A stretch of DNA of 29,005 bases from a virus (taxonomy: Duplodnaviria; Caudoviricetes): positions 1-29,005 of the IMG/VR virus record IMGVR_UViG_3300048611_000213, one strand, 5' to 3'. The notes under the pieces are model-generated. The model was not told the origin of the DNA. It did no database searches and saw only the letters and a list, made by a program, of their open reading frames with translations. Numbering within the stretch: the first letter of the stretch is position 1; each line of letters starts with the position of its first letter. The position numbers and the translations under genes are program-made. This document shows positions 16,289-25,748 of this stretch, piece by piece.

Positions 16289-17755
16289 TTAGCCGCGCGC
16301 GGCCAGCGTCACGACACAGGACCGCGTGGCGGAGCCGTTCTTCGGCGAGATCGCCGAACCCCACCACGACTGGCCCGCCACCCGCATGATGAAGCGGAAG
16401 GCGGTGATGTCGTAATCGAACCAGAGGTGCATCGACACATCCTGCCGGATGCCGGAGGTCTTCACCGCCGTCAGGTACTGACGGAGATCGGTGAGGATCA
16501 CGTCGCCGGCATCACCCAGCGTCTGGCAGGCTTCCGTCGGGATGACGGGCTTGCCCATCAGCGTCCCGAACGGAGTCTGCGACAGCCCGCCGGGCGGCAG
16601 ATAGACGGGCACCGCCGTTCCGGTTCCGGGGAACGCCATCGACAGAAGCTGCGGCTCGATGTCCTGGTTGATCAGCCAGATCGCATTGGAACGACAGCCC
16701 GAATACAGCCGCGACCACATGTTCACGATGTTCTGGAACACGATGGTATCGGCCACCTGACCGCTCTCCTTCGCGACCTCGACCTTGGCGTCCGCCGCGA
16801 GCAGGCCCTTGGGCATGCCGGCGCCGGTGCCGTTGACGATGGCGTCGTTGATCTTGAAGTTGAACTTCTCCGGCACCTTCCGGCGAAGGTAGGTCGTCAT
16901 CGCCGGCGCATCATCCATCAGCTCTTCCGTCACCGGAACGAGCGAAGTCAGCTTGTTGAGACGGATGGTCTCCTGACCGAGGTTGGGCTTGGACTGCGTA
17001 AGCTGCGCGGCCTCGCCTTCCCAATTGGCCAAGACACCACCGGAGGTCTGCCACGGCGTGGTCTCGTCCTTCGGCAGCGTGATCGAGTTGGACGAAGACG
17101 TGAGCTGGTCGGTGCGCCCGATCAGCGAATCCTCGCCCATGACCTTGACCATGATCTCGCGGCGGAAGTCCGGCGGTACCGCGAACCCGCCATCCGCACC
17201 CGTGCCCTCGGTGCCGATGGTGGTCGGCGCGTTCTTGATCAGGCGCGGGTCGATCTGGCCCGGCCCTGCACGCTGCGCCGCCTTGACGGACATCGCGAAT
17301 TCACCGAGGGAGCGGAAGCCGTGTCGGCCCGCTTCCTCGACATCGCGCGGCTGCGCCGGGATACGCGGACGCACGGCCGCGCGCGCCCGGGTCGGCCCGG
17401 TCGGCTGTGCGGGAGTGCCGCCTTCGTCCGGGTCATCGTCCCCGGTATCCAGCAGCGTGACCCGGCCGGCCGGATCGTTGAGCCGGTTGTTGACCGCGAC
17501 GATGTTTTCGCGGCGGTCGATCTCGTCCTCGGTCGAATTGAAATCGGTGAGGAGCTGGTCGAGCTCCGCGATCTCGGCCTCGGAGAGGTCGCGCTTCTCA
17601 CTGTCGGCGCGGTTCTGGATGTTGTTCATCTGCTGGCCGATAGCCGCCAGCCGGTCGCGCAACTCCTCCAGACGGTCCAGCGGGACATCGTTGAAAAACA
17701 GCGCATTAACGCTGGACAGATAGACTTCCAGCGCTTCCATTTTGGAAACGTACAT
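16289..17755 (-). CDS. Major capsid protein, HK97 fold with N-terminal scaffold (delta) domain
   Basis: Coiled-coil N-terminus; ADGGFAVP, VPVTEELMDD, IVNGTGAGMPKGLL, TLMGKPVI motifs; RBS GAAGGAG. Confidence 0.96.
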   Translation of the reverse strand: MYVSKMEALEVYLSSVNALFFNDVPLDRLEELRDRLAAIGQQMNNIQNRADSEKRDLSEAEIAELDQLLTDFNSTEDEIDRRENIVAVNNRLNDPAGRVTLLDTGDDDPDEGGTPAQPTGPTRARAAVRPRIPAQPRDVEEAGRHGFRSLGEFAMSVKAAQRAGPGQIDPRLIKNAPTTIGTEGTGADGGFAVPPDFRREIMVKVMGEDSLIGRTDQLTSSSNSITLPKDETTPWQTSGGVLANWEGEAAQLTQSKPNLGQETIRLNKLTSLVPVTEELMDDAPAMTTYLRRKVPEKFNFKINDAIVNGTGAGMPKGLLAADAKVEVAKESGQVADTIVFQNIVNMWSRLYSGCRSNAIWLINQDIEPQLLSMAFPGTGTAVPVYLPPGGLSQTPFGTLMGKPVIPTEACQTLGDAGDVILTDLRQYLTAVKTSGIRQDVSMHLWFDYDITAFRFIMRVAGQSWWGSAISPKNGSATRSCVVTLAARG

Positions 17756-17762
17756 TGTGGTG

Positions 17763-17796
17763 CTCCTTCTCAGGGAAGGCCGGCGTCATCACGACG
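17763..17796 (-). promoter_or_regulatory. Leader element shared with the tail tube gene
   Basis: CGTCGTGATGACG...TTCCCTGAGAAGGAG, matching 4025-4056. Confidence 0.65.
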
Positions 17797-17814
17797 CTGG
17801 CTGTGACCCGACCG

Positions 17815-18561
17815 TTATGCGGTGCTGAGCCGCTCCTTGGCGCGCATCTCGGCGAGACGCGCATTAACCTTCGCCACGGCCGGGTGCGGTTTCGTGGTCG
17901 AAGTCTGGCTTTCGTCCTTCAGGGACTCCGGCGCATTATGGAAAATCGAGAGATCGAACTTCGCCATGGCAGCGATGTCCGCGGCTTCGATTATTGAATC
18001 GGCGAAGCCCATCTCGACGGCATCGGCCGCCGACATCCATGTTTCAGCGTCCATCAGCGCGATGATCTTTTCCTCGTCCATTCCCGTCTGGGAAAGGTAG
18101 CTGGCGCGAATGGCCTCGGCGATCTTGTCGAGAGCATCGGCCATCTTTCGCATCTCCGCCGCGTCTCCGATGGCCAGCGCCCACGGGTTATGAATCATCA
18201 TCATCCCGTTTTCGGCGATCCGGATTTCATCCCCGGCCATCGCGATCACCGAAGCGATGCTTGCGGCGAGCCCGTCGATCTGGACGATCTTTCGTGCCTT
18301 CTGCCGGGCGATGATGTTGTGGATCGCGGTGCCCTCGAAGACCGAGCCGCCGGGCGAGTTGATGTAGATGTTCAGCGTCTCGACATCGCCAAGGGCTTTC
18401 AAATCCTTCGCGAACTGCTTGGCGGTAACGCCGTCTTCGAAGAACCCGGCGCCGATCACGTCATAGACGTAAATCTCTCCCGTCGATCCTTTCTTCGCCA
18501 TGCGGATCGGGGCCGGCTCGCGTACCTGACGGAGCGCGCGGAATGGTATGACCTTGCTCAT
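17815..18561 (-). CDS. ClpP-type prohead maturation protease
   Basis: INSPGGSVFEG, DGLAASIAS (Ser), MMIHNPW (His), ETWMSA.DAVEMGFAD; ATG 18561 after GAGG. Confidence 0.95.
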   Translation of the reverse strand: MSKVIPFRALRQVREPAPIRMAKKGSTGEIYVYDVIGAGFFEDGVTAKQFAKDLKALGDVETLNIYINSPGGSVFEGTAIHNIIARQKARKIVQIDGLAASIASVIAMAGDEIRIAENGMMMIHNPWALAIGDAAEMRKMADALDKIAEAIRASYLSQTGMDEEKIIALMDAETWMSAADAVEMGFADSIIEAADIAAMAKFDLSIFHNAPESLKDESQTSTTKPHPAVAKVNARLAEMRAKERLSTA

Positions 18562-18563
18562 AA

Positions 18564-20171
18564 TTACCTCACAATCAGCGACGCCAGTTGCGCCGCAAGG
18601 GCCACGGCGCGCTGTTCGGTGACGCACCATTGACCGAGTGTCTGCGTTTCATTGTCGAAGGCCGCGGACATCAGCGCCGCGTCTTCCTCGATAAAGGCCG
18701 TCAGGGCCTCGCGGATGCCGGCTGGTTCCCCCTGAATGCCAAGGGCCGCCAGACTGTCGCCCACGAGCTTGCCGAGATAACGGGCCTGCTCCCGGTTGTC
18801 GTTTTCGACCGCATCCCGAAGGCGGCCGGCATCGCCCACTTCCAGATACTGTTCCGCCATGCGGGTGCGGCGGTTCAGCGCCTTCATGGCCGCGTGACGG
18901 AACAGCGCGAACGCCGCGGGATCGGTCGCCGGCAAATCGCCGACTGGCGGGTCCTGCCCGATCCTCTCCAGCGTCGTCATCGCGAGTTGGACGGTCAGCT
19001 TGTCGGCGTTCTCGTCCGGCATGGTGTTCCAGCCGCGCATCCTACGGATTTCGTTGCGTGGCCGGATGCCGGCATTCGCCCAGATCGAATCCGCCGTTGC
19101 CTTCGAGATCATGTCGCCTTCAGACAGCCAGTCGAGATCGAGCCGGGTCTTGATTCCCCGCCAGTCCGGAAGGAGTTTCCAGTCCGCCTCTTGTGCAAGG
19201 CGTTCAGCCCACGGCGTCAAGGCGTCGCGGACGAACTCGATGCCCTGGTGCTCGATGTTGTTGTTCGTGCTGCGAAGCAGATGCGCGATCTTGTGCGGCG
19301 GAACTCCGAACCATCTGCACACGCTTTCGATCAGGTGCTGTTGAGTCTCGATGAACTGCGCATCGTTCGGAGCGGGAGAAAGCGGCGTGTACTTCATTCC
19401 CCCGCCGAGGAACAGAAACCGGAACGCCTTGTCCGGCCCCTGGTGCTGCGAATTGATCTGTTCGCGCATCTCCTCTCTTTGCGGTGCGGTCAGGCTCTGC
19501 TCCGCAGCGAGCACCCCGCCCATCTGAGTCCCGTTTCCATAGAACGCCTGCCCGAACCGTTCCGCGGCAGCGGCATGGGCAAACGACCTCGCCGCGACGT
19601 TCACGACATCGAATCCGGTGAGCCCGTCGAGACCGGGACCGTGGAGATGAAAGACATCCGAATACGGCAGATGGACCTCGCCGCCGCGGTCGTTTGTCAC
19701 CCGCAGAACCAGATCCCCGGAGCCGTCCCTTTCAAGGCAGCACCTGTCCGGCATCAGCGGCCACAACCCCGCCGGAAGCCCGCCTACACTGGGCTCGATC
19801 TCGGCATAGAAATTGCCGTAAATGAGCGCCTGAATGATCGCCGCCTCCCGGAACGCGAACGATGTCATCTCCGGATTGGGGCGTTCATTCAGAAGCCGAT
19901 AGGTGATCGTGTCCCGGCGCATCGTGCGGTCGCCGTTTCGCTGCTCGAGAAACACGTCCCATTTGCACGACGCCAGCGACTTCGCGATCACGGTCACGCA
20001 GGCCCACACGGCGGAGAGACGCAGCGCCTCTTCCGCCGTCATGTAGACGCCGGCTATCCGGCCGCCTGCCCATACGATCCTGTCTTTCGACGTTTCTAGG
20101 GGCGGAGACGTGCGCCGGAGCGCATAGGCTGTGCGCCACAGAGTCCCGAACGCCCGATTGAGCGCGGACAT
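18564..20171 (-). CDS. Portal protein, HK97 family
   Basis: SAVWACV, LLNERPNPEMT, GNFYAEI, DAQFIET, FGVPPHKI, NNIEHQ motifs. Confidence 0.96.
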   Translation of the reverse strand: MSALNRAFGTLWRTAYALRRTSPPLETSKDRIVWAGGRIAGVYMTAEEALRLSAVWACVTVIAKSLASCKWDVFLEQRNGDRTMRRDTITYRLLNERPNPEMTSFAFREAAIIQALIYGNFYAEIEPSVGGLPAGLWPLMPDRCCLERDGSGDLVLRVTNDRGGEVHLPYSDVFHLHGPGLDGLTGFDVVNVAARSFAHAAAAERFGQAFYGNGTQMGGVLAAEQSLTAPQREEMREQINSQHQGPDKAFRFLFLGGGMKYTPLSPAPNDAQFIETQQHLIESVCRWFGVPPHKIAHLLRSTNNNIEHQGIEFVRDALTPWAERLAQEADWKLLPDWRGIKTRLDLDWLSEGDMISKATADSIWANAGIRPRNEIRRMRGWNTMPDENADKLTVQLAMTTLERIGQDPPVGDLPATDPAAFALFRHAAMKALNRRTRMAEQYLEVGDAGRLRDAVENDNREQARYLGKLVGDSLAALGIQGEPAGIREALTAFIEEDAALMSAAFDNETQTLGQWCVTEQRAVALAAQLASLIVR

Positions 20172-20174
20172 GCC

Positions 20175-21749
20175 CTAAAGCCACACCGCCTGCGGCTCGG
20201 GGACTGGCGCGGGAGGGTTCAAATCTTCCACGGCCAGACTGGCCACCATGGCCAGCGTTACCATGCCATCGATTCGTCCGCGGCTGCGCATCTTGTCCAA
20301 CTTTCTGCCTCCCGCCTCATTTCCCTTAACGACGGCATTTGCCGCGCACATGGTGAGGACCGGATGCCCGCCATGACGGATACGACCGTTCAACAGCAGC
20401 GTTTCCAGTTCCCGCAGAGCCGGAGACATCGATTGAAAGCCCTGCCCGAACTCCTCGAAACGTTCCTCGATTTCTTCCTCTGTCATGCCCGCCCGAACCA
20501 GCCACGGCCGGAGGTGGCGCATGTTCCAGCGGTCGAAAGCAACCTTGCGGATATCAAGGTCATCGAGTAGCGACACGAGGTGCGCCGCCACATACTCGTA
20601 TTCGATGGACCGGCCCGGTGTTGTTTCCAGAAATCCTTGCTGCTTCCACATGTCGTAAGGAACGCGATCCTTGCGCGCCCGCTCCGCCATCCCGATTTCG
20701 GGCAGCCAGAACGTCGGCTTGACGTGCAACAAGCCGTCAATCGGACAGCCGAGCGTCAGCGATGTCAGGTCGTTGGCCTCCGACAAATCGAGCGCCGCAT
20801 AGACCTTGTGCCCAGCCCAGTCTTCCTCTGGCGCCCCCGCGCTATCGTCCCAGACGCTTTGAGTTACGAACGGGCTTGACGCTTCCACCCGCTGATTGAG
20901 GACCAGGTTCCGAAACTCGGCTTCCCGCGACGGCATCCGGCGGGCGTCTTCCGCCATTGCCAGCACTTCCTCGGCGTTCTGAAAATCACCAAAGGCCGGG
21001 TTGGCCAGCCGGATCGTTTCCTCGCAGAACGGGTCCGCATCCACCGGAGCCGTGTACAGACTCACGACAACGCGCCTGTCGTGACCGGCAAGAGCGTCGT
21101 CTATCAGGATCGACAGCAGATCGGCTTCCGTAGGCGCCTGCGTCGAGATGACGATAGACAGCGGGTTTTCCTGTGCCGCCGTCGCGGTCTCAAGCGCCTC
21201 GTACAGTTCCGACCTCGGGCCTTTGACCTGCCCCAGCTCGTCATGAACGATGAACACCGGAGACAGCCCGTAGGCCGTGGACGCCTCAGCCGACAGCGCC
21301 CGGTACAGGGTCCCGAGTTCGGGACAGAACAGTTGCTTGGCCGTGTCCCTGATCGTGATGTAGGCCAACAACTCCGCTGACATCCGCACGATCTTTGCCG
21401 CGAGACCGAACAGGATCGACGCCTGATCTCTTGATTGGGCCGCCGAATAGAGCTGCGAGTTAGCTCGCGCCTCGGGGCCGCATAGATGGAGCAACAACAG
21501 AAACGCAGCCAGCGTGGTTTTCGCGTTCTTGCGTCCGAAGGACACGATGGCGCGGCGCGTCCCGTGCGGGTTGTCGTAGATCTTGCGGATTTCGGCCCGC
21601 TGCCACTCCCGCAGCCGGACCTTCTGGCCTACGTCCCGCCCCTCGGGAATGCGGCAGTGCTTTTCTATCCAGCGGATATTGCGGTCGGCGCGGGTTTCAG
21701 GAATCCCACGGTTTCTTTGTGGCGAGCGGCTTTTTGCGCGTTTTGTCAT
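20175..21749 (-). CDS. terL: Terminase large subunit
   Basis: Walker A-like GRKNAKTT, Walker B FIVHDELG, ISTQ, nuclease ALDLS...D and RIDG. Confidence 0.96.
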   Translation of the reverse strand: MTKRAKSRSPQRNRGIPETRADRNIRWIEKHCRIPEGRDVGQKVRLREWQRAEIRKIYDNPHGTRRAIVSFGRKNAKTTLAAFLLLLHLCGPEARANSQLYSAAQSRDQASILFGLAAKIVRMSAELLAYITIRDTAKQLFCPELGTLYRALSAEASTAYGLSPVFIVHDELGQVKGPRSELYEALETATAAQENPLSIVISTQAPTEADLLSILIDDALAGHDRRVVVSLYTAPVDADPFCEETIRLANPAFGDFQNAEEVLAMAEDARRMPSREAEFRNLVLNQRVEASSPFVTQSVWDDSAGAPEEDWAGHKVYAALDLSEANDLTSLTLGCPIDGLLHVKPTFWLPEIGMAERARKDRVPYDMWKQQGFLETTPGRSIEYEYVAAHLVSLLDDLDIRKVAFDRWNMRHLRPWLVRAGMTEEEIEERFEEFGQGFQSMSPALRELETLLLNGRIRHGGHPVLTMCAANAVVKGNEAGGRKLDKMRSRGRIDGMVTLAMVASLAVEDLNPPAPVPEPQAVWL

Positions 21750-22107
21750 AGGTAGCGTGCTGCGTGATCCTCATGCGTGTCGCCAGCGAAGACATCGCCC
21801 GCCCTTCGCGTTCCTGCATTTTCAACAGTTGATCGTATTCGTTGATGTCGAGTGTCTCAGATCGCTCAGCGGCGGCGATCAGTTGCGCCACGCGGCGCGC
21901 CGCCACGACATGCCGGCAGTACTGAGCCAGAAGTCCCCATGTTTCACGGGGGAACCAGTCGGCGGACAGACGGTTGACCACTGCCCGCCATTCGTCCGCC
22001 TGTTCGTCGCTCAATTCATGCGGCGGTTCGGGACGGCGTACCGTCTCGACGCCACCGGGGCCGATTACCGACAGCGATGCCGAAGACTGTCGCCCGCGTG
22101 TGCCCAT
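21697..22107 (-). CDS. terS: Terminase small subunit
   Basis: MGTRGR...RPEPPHELS...EWRAVV...LLAQYC...LATRMRIT; directly upstream of terL. Confidence 0.88.
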   Translation of the reverse strand: MGTRGRQSSASLSVIGPGGVETVRRPEPPHELSDEQADEWRAVVNRLSADWFPRETWGLLAQYCRHVVAARRVAQLIAAAERSETLDINEYDQLLKMQEREGRAMSSLATRMRITQHATYDKTRKKPLATKKPWDS

Positions 22108-22139
22108 TTTCCGTTACACAAACCTTTTTCGGGGACGTT

Positions 22140-22204
22140 TATGAAAGGAACGCTTGGCGGGCGGTCCTTGGACAGTGCAACTGTGGAGATGTGATCCACC
22201 CCTA
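22140..22204 (-). other. Candidate cos (cohesive end) region
   Basis: Non-coding gap between the HNH genes and terS with a GC-rich core GACCGCCCGCCAAGCG (22151-22166); position expected for HK97-like phages. Confidence 0.4.
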
Positions 22205-23314
22205 CTATGCTACCTGCGCGCGCCGATGATCTCCGAAGAGAAGCATCTGCCCGATCACCTTTGCAGCCTTCCCAGCGTTGCATCGTCGGCATGTGCACTG
22301 AACATTGTTCCAAGTATGAGTCCCACCTTTCGCCAACGGCACTATGTGATCCAACTCGGGCGCTAAGGGGTCTGCTGTTCCCCGCTTTCTCTTGTTTGTC
22401 TTCTTTCCACACAGTTGGCACCGCCACCCGTCCCGATCAAAAACAAGAATCGGATCAACGGAAGCTGCTTCCGCGCCGCGCAATCTAGCTCGGCGCTTAC
22501 CCTTCGATACGCGATGCGAATTTTTCGCCGAACATCCGGTTGAACAAAAGACGCGTCGCGCATCGCCGTGCTGAGGCGCAAAGACATCACCGCATTCCTT
22601 GCAACGACGCGGGGATGCATCTTTGTTATAGCGGCGCTTTGACGATTCGATTCCTTGTCGGCGACTTTGCTCCAACCGACATTCACCGCTGCAGTAAAGA
22701 CCGCCGTTTCGTTTCGTAAACAGCTTGGCGCATATTTTGCAGTTTTCGAATTGGACCGCGCTGAATGGAAACTTTGTTCTGTCTCGCCGGCGCCGTGGTG
22801 CTTTAGCCGAACAACTCTTTGAACAAAACGCCTGTACGTGTCTGTCTGGGCAAAAGGACACGCCGCACCGTGCGCATTCTTTAGGCGGCAATCGACGCCG
22901 GCGACCCCGACACCGGGCCCGTCTTGCCTCTTGCCGACAATCATCCGAACAGCACGTTGTATTGCGCTGCTTGGGCATGAACTCAGTACCGCAGACACGG
23001 CATGACCGATCTAACAACGTGTCGGCGCGGCGATCTCGCGTTACCCGGTTTAGGGTTTCGCGCTTACATGCCGTGCTGCAATATTTTCGACCAAGGTGCG
23101 GTGTCTCGAACGATCTATGACACGCAAGGCAACTGCCTAGCTTTTCCGCCCGTTCCTTTTGTCGAAAGCGAGCGGCGATTACCCGCTGCTTTGTTACCCG
23201 ACAATACGAGCAATATTTCTTAGGCCTGCCCCGGCGCTCTGTCTTAACCGTCTCATACTCGTGCGCGCCACATTGAACGCAGGCGACCAACGCCATACGT
23301 TGGCTATCAGCCAC
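22205..23314 (-). CDS. HNH endonuclease with six Zn-finger repeats (homing-endonuclease-like)
   Basis: Six CxxC...CSx(1-2)C units, then CQLCG...LDHIVPLAKGGTHTWNNVQCTCRRCN. Confidence 0.9.
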   Translation of the reverse strand: MADSQRMALVACVQCGAHEYETVKTERRGRPKKYCSYCRVTKQRVIAARFRQKERAEKLGSCLACHRSFETPHLGRKYCSTACKRETLNRVTRDRRADTLLDRSCRVCGTEFMPKQRNTTCCSDDCRQEARRARCRGRRRRLPPKECARCGVSFCPDRHVQAFCSKSCSAKAPRRRRDRTKFPFSAVQFENCKICAKLFTKRNGGLYCSGECRLEQSRRQGIESSKRRYNKDASPRRCKECGDVFAPQHGDARRVFCSTGCSAKNSHRVSKGKRRARLRGAEAASVDPILVFDRDGWRCQLCGKKTNKRKRGTADPLAPELDHIVPLAKGGTHTWNNVQCTCRRCNAGKAAKVIGQMLLFGDHRRAQVA

Positions 23315-23315
23315 C

Positions 23316-23378
23316 GCAATCTCCTAGTCAGATTGTGAGGGTTAGGCCTCGGTCGCCGCGCTAACGGTGGCCGGGGCC
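23316..23378 (-). promoter_or_regulatory. Structured leader of the Zn-finger HNH gene
   Basis: Imperfect 14-bp inverted repeat 23345-23378; CAATCT...AGATTG stem overlapping the AGGAG RBS. Confidence 0.45.
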
Positions 23379-23397
23379 GTCAAATGTCAGGAGCCGA

Positions 23398-23712
23398 TTA
23401 GCCGGCCTTCTTCTTCCAGTGATGTGCCGGGTCCAACGGCCAGCCATCGCTATCGCAGCCCTTCACGGGAACGCTGTCCTTGCCCTTCGTATCAACATGA
23501 TAGGTCTTCTGCGAGTGGCAGGAGTGGCAGGCCGATGCGAGGTTCGACCACTCCCATGGATCGCCGCCCTTGTTGATTGGCACTCTGTGATCGACCTGCG
23601 TCGGGATCATCGTACAGCCGGGGTAGCGGTATTCGCAGATGGGGTCGGCCGAAAGCTTCGCCTCACGAAGCCGTTGCCATCTCTGCGTGCTGTAGGGCCA
23701 GACGGCGATCAC
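23398..23712 (-). CDS. Small HNH endonuclease (HK97 gp74-like packaging cofactor)
   Basis: Y...RWQRLR...PIC...VDHRVP..GG...NL...CHSCHSQKT...GCDSDGWPLDP. Confidence 0.9.
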   Translation of the reverse strand: MIAVWPYSTQRWQRLREAKLSADPICEYRYPGCTMIPTQVDHRVPINKGGDPWEWSNLASACHSCHSQKTYHVDTKGKDSVPVKGCDSDGWPLDPAHHWKKKAG

Positions 23713-23781
23713 ACCTTCTCCGCATAGTTCATGCCGAGAAGCCGCGACAGCACGCAGCCCAGTCTGTTCTCCTGCATGTCG

Positions 23782-25395
23782 TTACTCCTTGACCGTGATC
23801 CCGGTGCGGCCGGAAATCGTTGTCGCGCCGCGGTTCCTGACACGGATCGACCGGACCATCCGCGCGACGAGAATCGTTCGCTGATCCGGCGGCGGGATCG
23901 GCTCCTCGAGACTCGCCGTCCCTGCGAACAGGATCTCCGATGTGCCGATCAGCGAGCCGATGGCCGTCAGCGTCGCAGCGGGCGCGAACGTGATCGTCCC
24001 CGATCCGCTGAGCGCACCCGTTCCACGTGAAACACCGGAGCCGGTAAACGCGATGGCCGCCGTGCCGATAAGGCTTGCCGATCCTTTGGCCTCAGCCGTA
24101 CCGGCGAATTCGAGTGTCGCGGTTCCGAACAGCCCGCCTTCGAGATCGGGCTGGGCGGTGCCTGTAAACGCGAGATCGGCGGTGCCGTTTAGCGCGCCGC
24201 CGCCCGTGAGGACGGCAGAGCCGTCGAAGGCGATCTCCGCCGCGCCTGAAATCGACGCAGTAGCGCTCGGCTCTGCGGTGCCGGTAAACTCTAAATCGGC
24301 GCTGCCCTCAAGCGCTCCCGTCCCGGTGAGAACCGCCGCTCCCGTGAATTCGAGATCGGCCGTGCCGGTGAGCGCCGCAGGGGCCGCAGCCGTACCGGAC
24401 CCGGTGAACTCCAGCGCCGCAGTACCGTTAAGCGCACCCGAGGCCGTGAGAGTCCCGGCACCCGTGAATTCCGGCGCCGACGTGCCGTTGAGGGCACCTG
24501 TCGCCGTGAGCGTGCCCGCCGCCGTAAATTCGAGATCGGCGGTGCCGTTTAGCGCGCCCGTTCCCGAAAGGACCGCAGAGCCCGTGAATTCGAGGTCGGA
24601 TGTCCCGACAAGGGCTCCCTGCGCCTCCGCACCGGCACCGCCGAGCCAGAGCGCAAAAAACGACCGGAACCCGGCCGGCGCTGTTCCCGTACCCTCGGCA
24701 GCCCCCGTAAACGCGAGATTTGCCGAGCCTGTGAGAGCGCCCGCGCCCTTGATCTCGCCGGCCCCGGTAAAGGCTGGGCTCGCCGACCCCAGAAGTTTGC
24801 CGGTTCCGGTCAGGACGCCGGAACCGGCAAACTCCAGGTCGGACGTGCCGACAAGCTCGGATGCCGCCGATTCCTGCACCGTGATCGACGGCGTATTCGT
24901 GTATTCGTGCAGCGCCGTCTCGACGAAGACGACCCGCAGCTCGATAACGTCGCCGTCGTCTACATCGGCGGCTCGAATCTGGACGCAGTACTCATCCTCG
25001 GTCTCGCGACCGTTCTGTAACGTCCGGCTGTTGGTGAAGCCGTCAACGGTATCGACGGCGCCGGCAACGAACGTGCCCGCGCCCAGTTGCGCAGTTGTCG
25101 CCGTGCCATCGGCAACGTTTCCGCTGGAGTTGGACCGTACCACGTCCGATGCGTCATCGGCATCGGTCCAGTCGCCAAATCCGCCGCCCTGGTCCAGCCG
25201 GTACTGGAGCTGCGATCCGTAGCTCGCCTGATTCGCGGAGCCGTTATTGAGGACCAGGAACCGGATGCGGAAATTCTCGTCAACCGCCTGCGTCCAGTTT
25301 TCGTTGGCCTCGACCTTCCACGTCGCCGTGGTCTCGTCGCCGTCGTCATCGCGGGCGCGGAACGCTTCCTGAACCAGATTCGGGGTGCCTACCAT
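23782..25395 (-). CDS. Putative virion fibre protein with 15 x 20-aa repeats
   Basis: Acidic beta-rich N-domain; repeat consensus LxGTADLEFTGxAxLxGxGA; basic C-terminal tail. Confidence 0.7.
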   Translation of the reverse strand: MVGTPNLVQEAFRARDDDGDETTATWKVEANENWTQAVDENFRIRFLVLNNGSANQASYGSQLQYRLDQGGGFGDWTDADDASDVVRSNSSGNVADGTATTAQLGAGTFVAGAVDTVDGFTNSRTLQNGRETEDEYCVQIRAADVDDGDVIELRVVFVETALHEYTNTPSITVQESAASELVGTSDLEFAGSGVLTGTGKLLGSASPAFTGAGEIKGAGALTGSANLAFTGAAEGTGTAPAGFRSFFALWLGGAGAEAQGALVGTSDLEFTGSAVLSGTGALNGTADLEFTAAGTLTATGALNGTSAPEFTGAGTLTASGALNGTAALEFTGSGTAAAPAALTGTADLEFTGAAVLTGTGALEGSADLEFTGTAEPSATASISGAAEIAFDGSAVLTGGGALNGTADLAFTGTAQPDLEGGLFGTATLEFAGTAEAKGSASLIGTAAIAFTGSGVSRGTGALSGSGTITFAPAATLTAIGSLIGTSEILFAGTASLEEPIPPPDQRTILVARMVRSIRVRNRGATTISGRTGITVKE

Positions 25396-25748
25396 CCCTG
25401 CCTCTCATACGGCGAGCGCGCACTCCGGCCCGGCAGTACCCCGCTTTCTCCCGCCCGCCTCAGGATGTCCTGATACACGGAATCTTCTATCCAGCGCCCC
25501 GGCCGGAACGCCCGAATTGTGTGACTGAAATGGGCGAGCTGGTCGTACAGGCCGGCTTCATTGACGCAGGCCATCCACTGGCCGCGAATGTGGAGGAAGA
25601 ATTCCCCCGTCAGAACCCGCTGGCCGCTGTTCCTGTCCGCGACGACAACCGCGACGGCCCCGAAAGGCGGGGACTCCTCGGGCTCGCCGTCCGCGCTGGA
25701 AAACGTCCCGCGCTCGTAAAAGACAACCCAGCTATCCTCGCGTGGCAT
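25389..25748 (-). CDS. Hypothetical protein
   Basis: Start probably ATG 25748 (MPREDSWVVFY); overlaps both neighbours. Confidence 0.65.
   Translation of the reverse strand: MPREDSWVVFYERGTFSSADGEPEESPPFGAVAVVVADRNSGQRVLTGEFFLHIRGQWMACVNEAGLYDQLAHFSHTIRAFRPGRWIEDSVYQDILRRAGESGVLPGRSARSPYERQGW

Noticed and set aside
16427-20099. 459-aa and 503-aa plus-strand ORFs
   Set aside because: Shadows of capsid and portal genes; Arg-rich non-protein-like composition.
23940-24860. 60-nt periodic DNA as CRISPR or DGR template/variable repeats
   Set aside because: Degenerate at synonymous positions and explained by protein repeats; no cas or reverse transcriptase gene in the window.
23942-25222. 426-aa repetitive plus-strand ORF
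   Set aside because: Mirror of the fibre repeats on the opposite strand.
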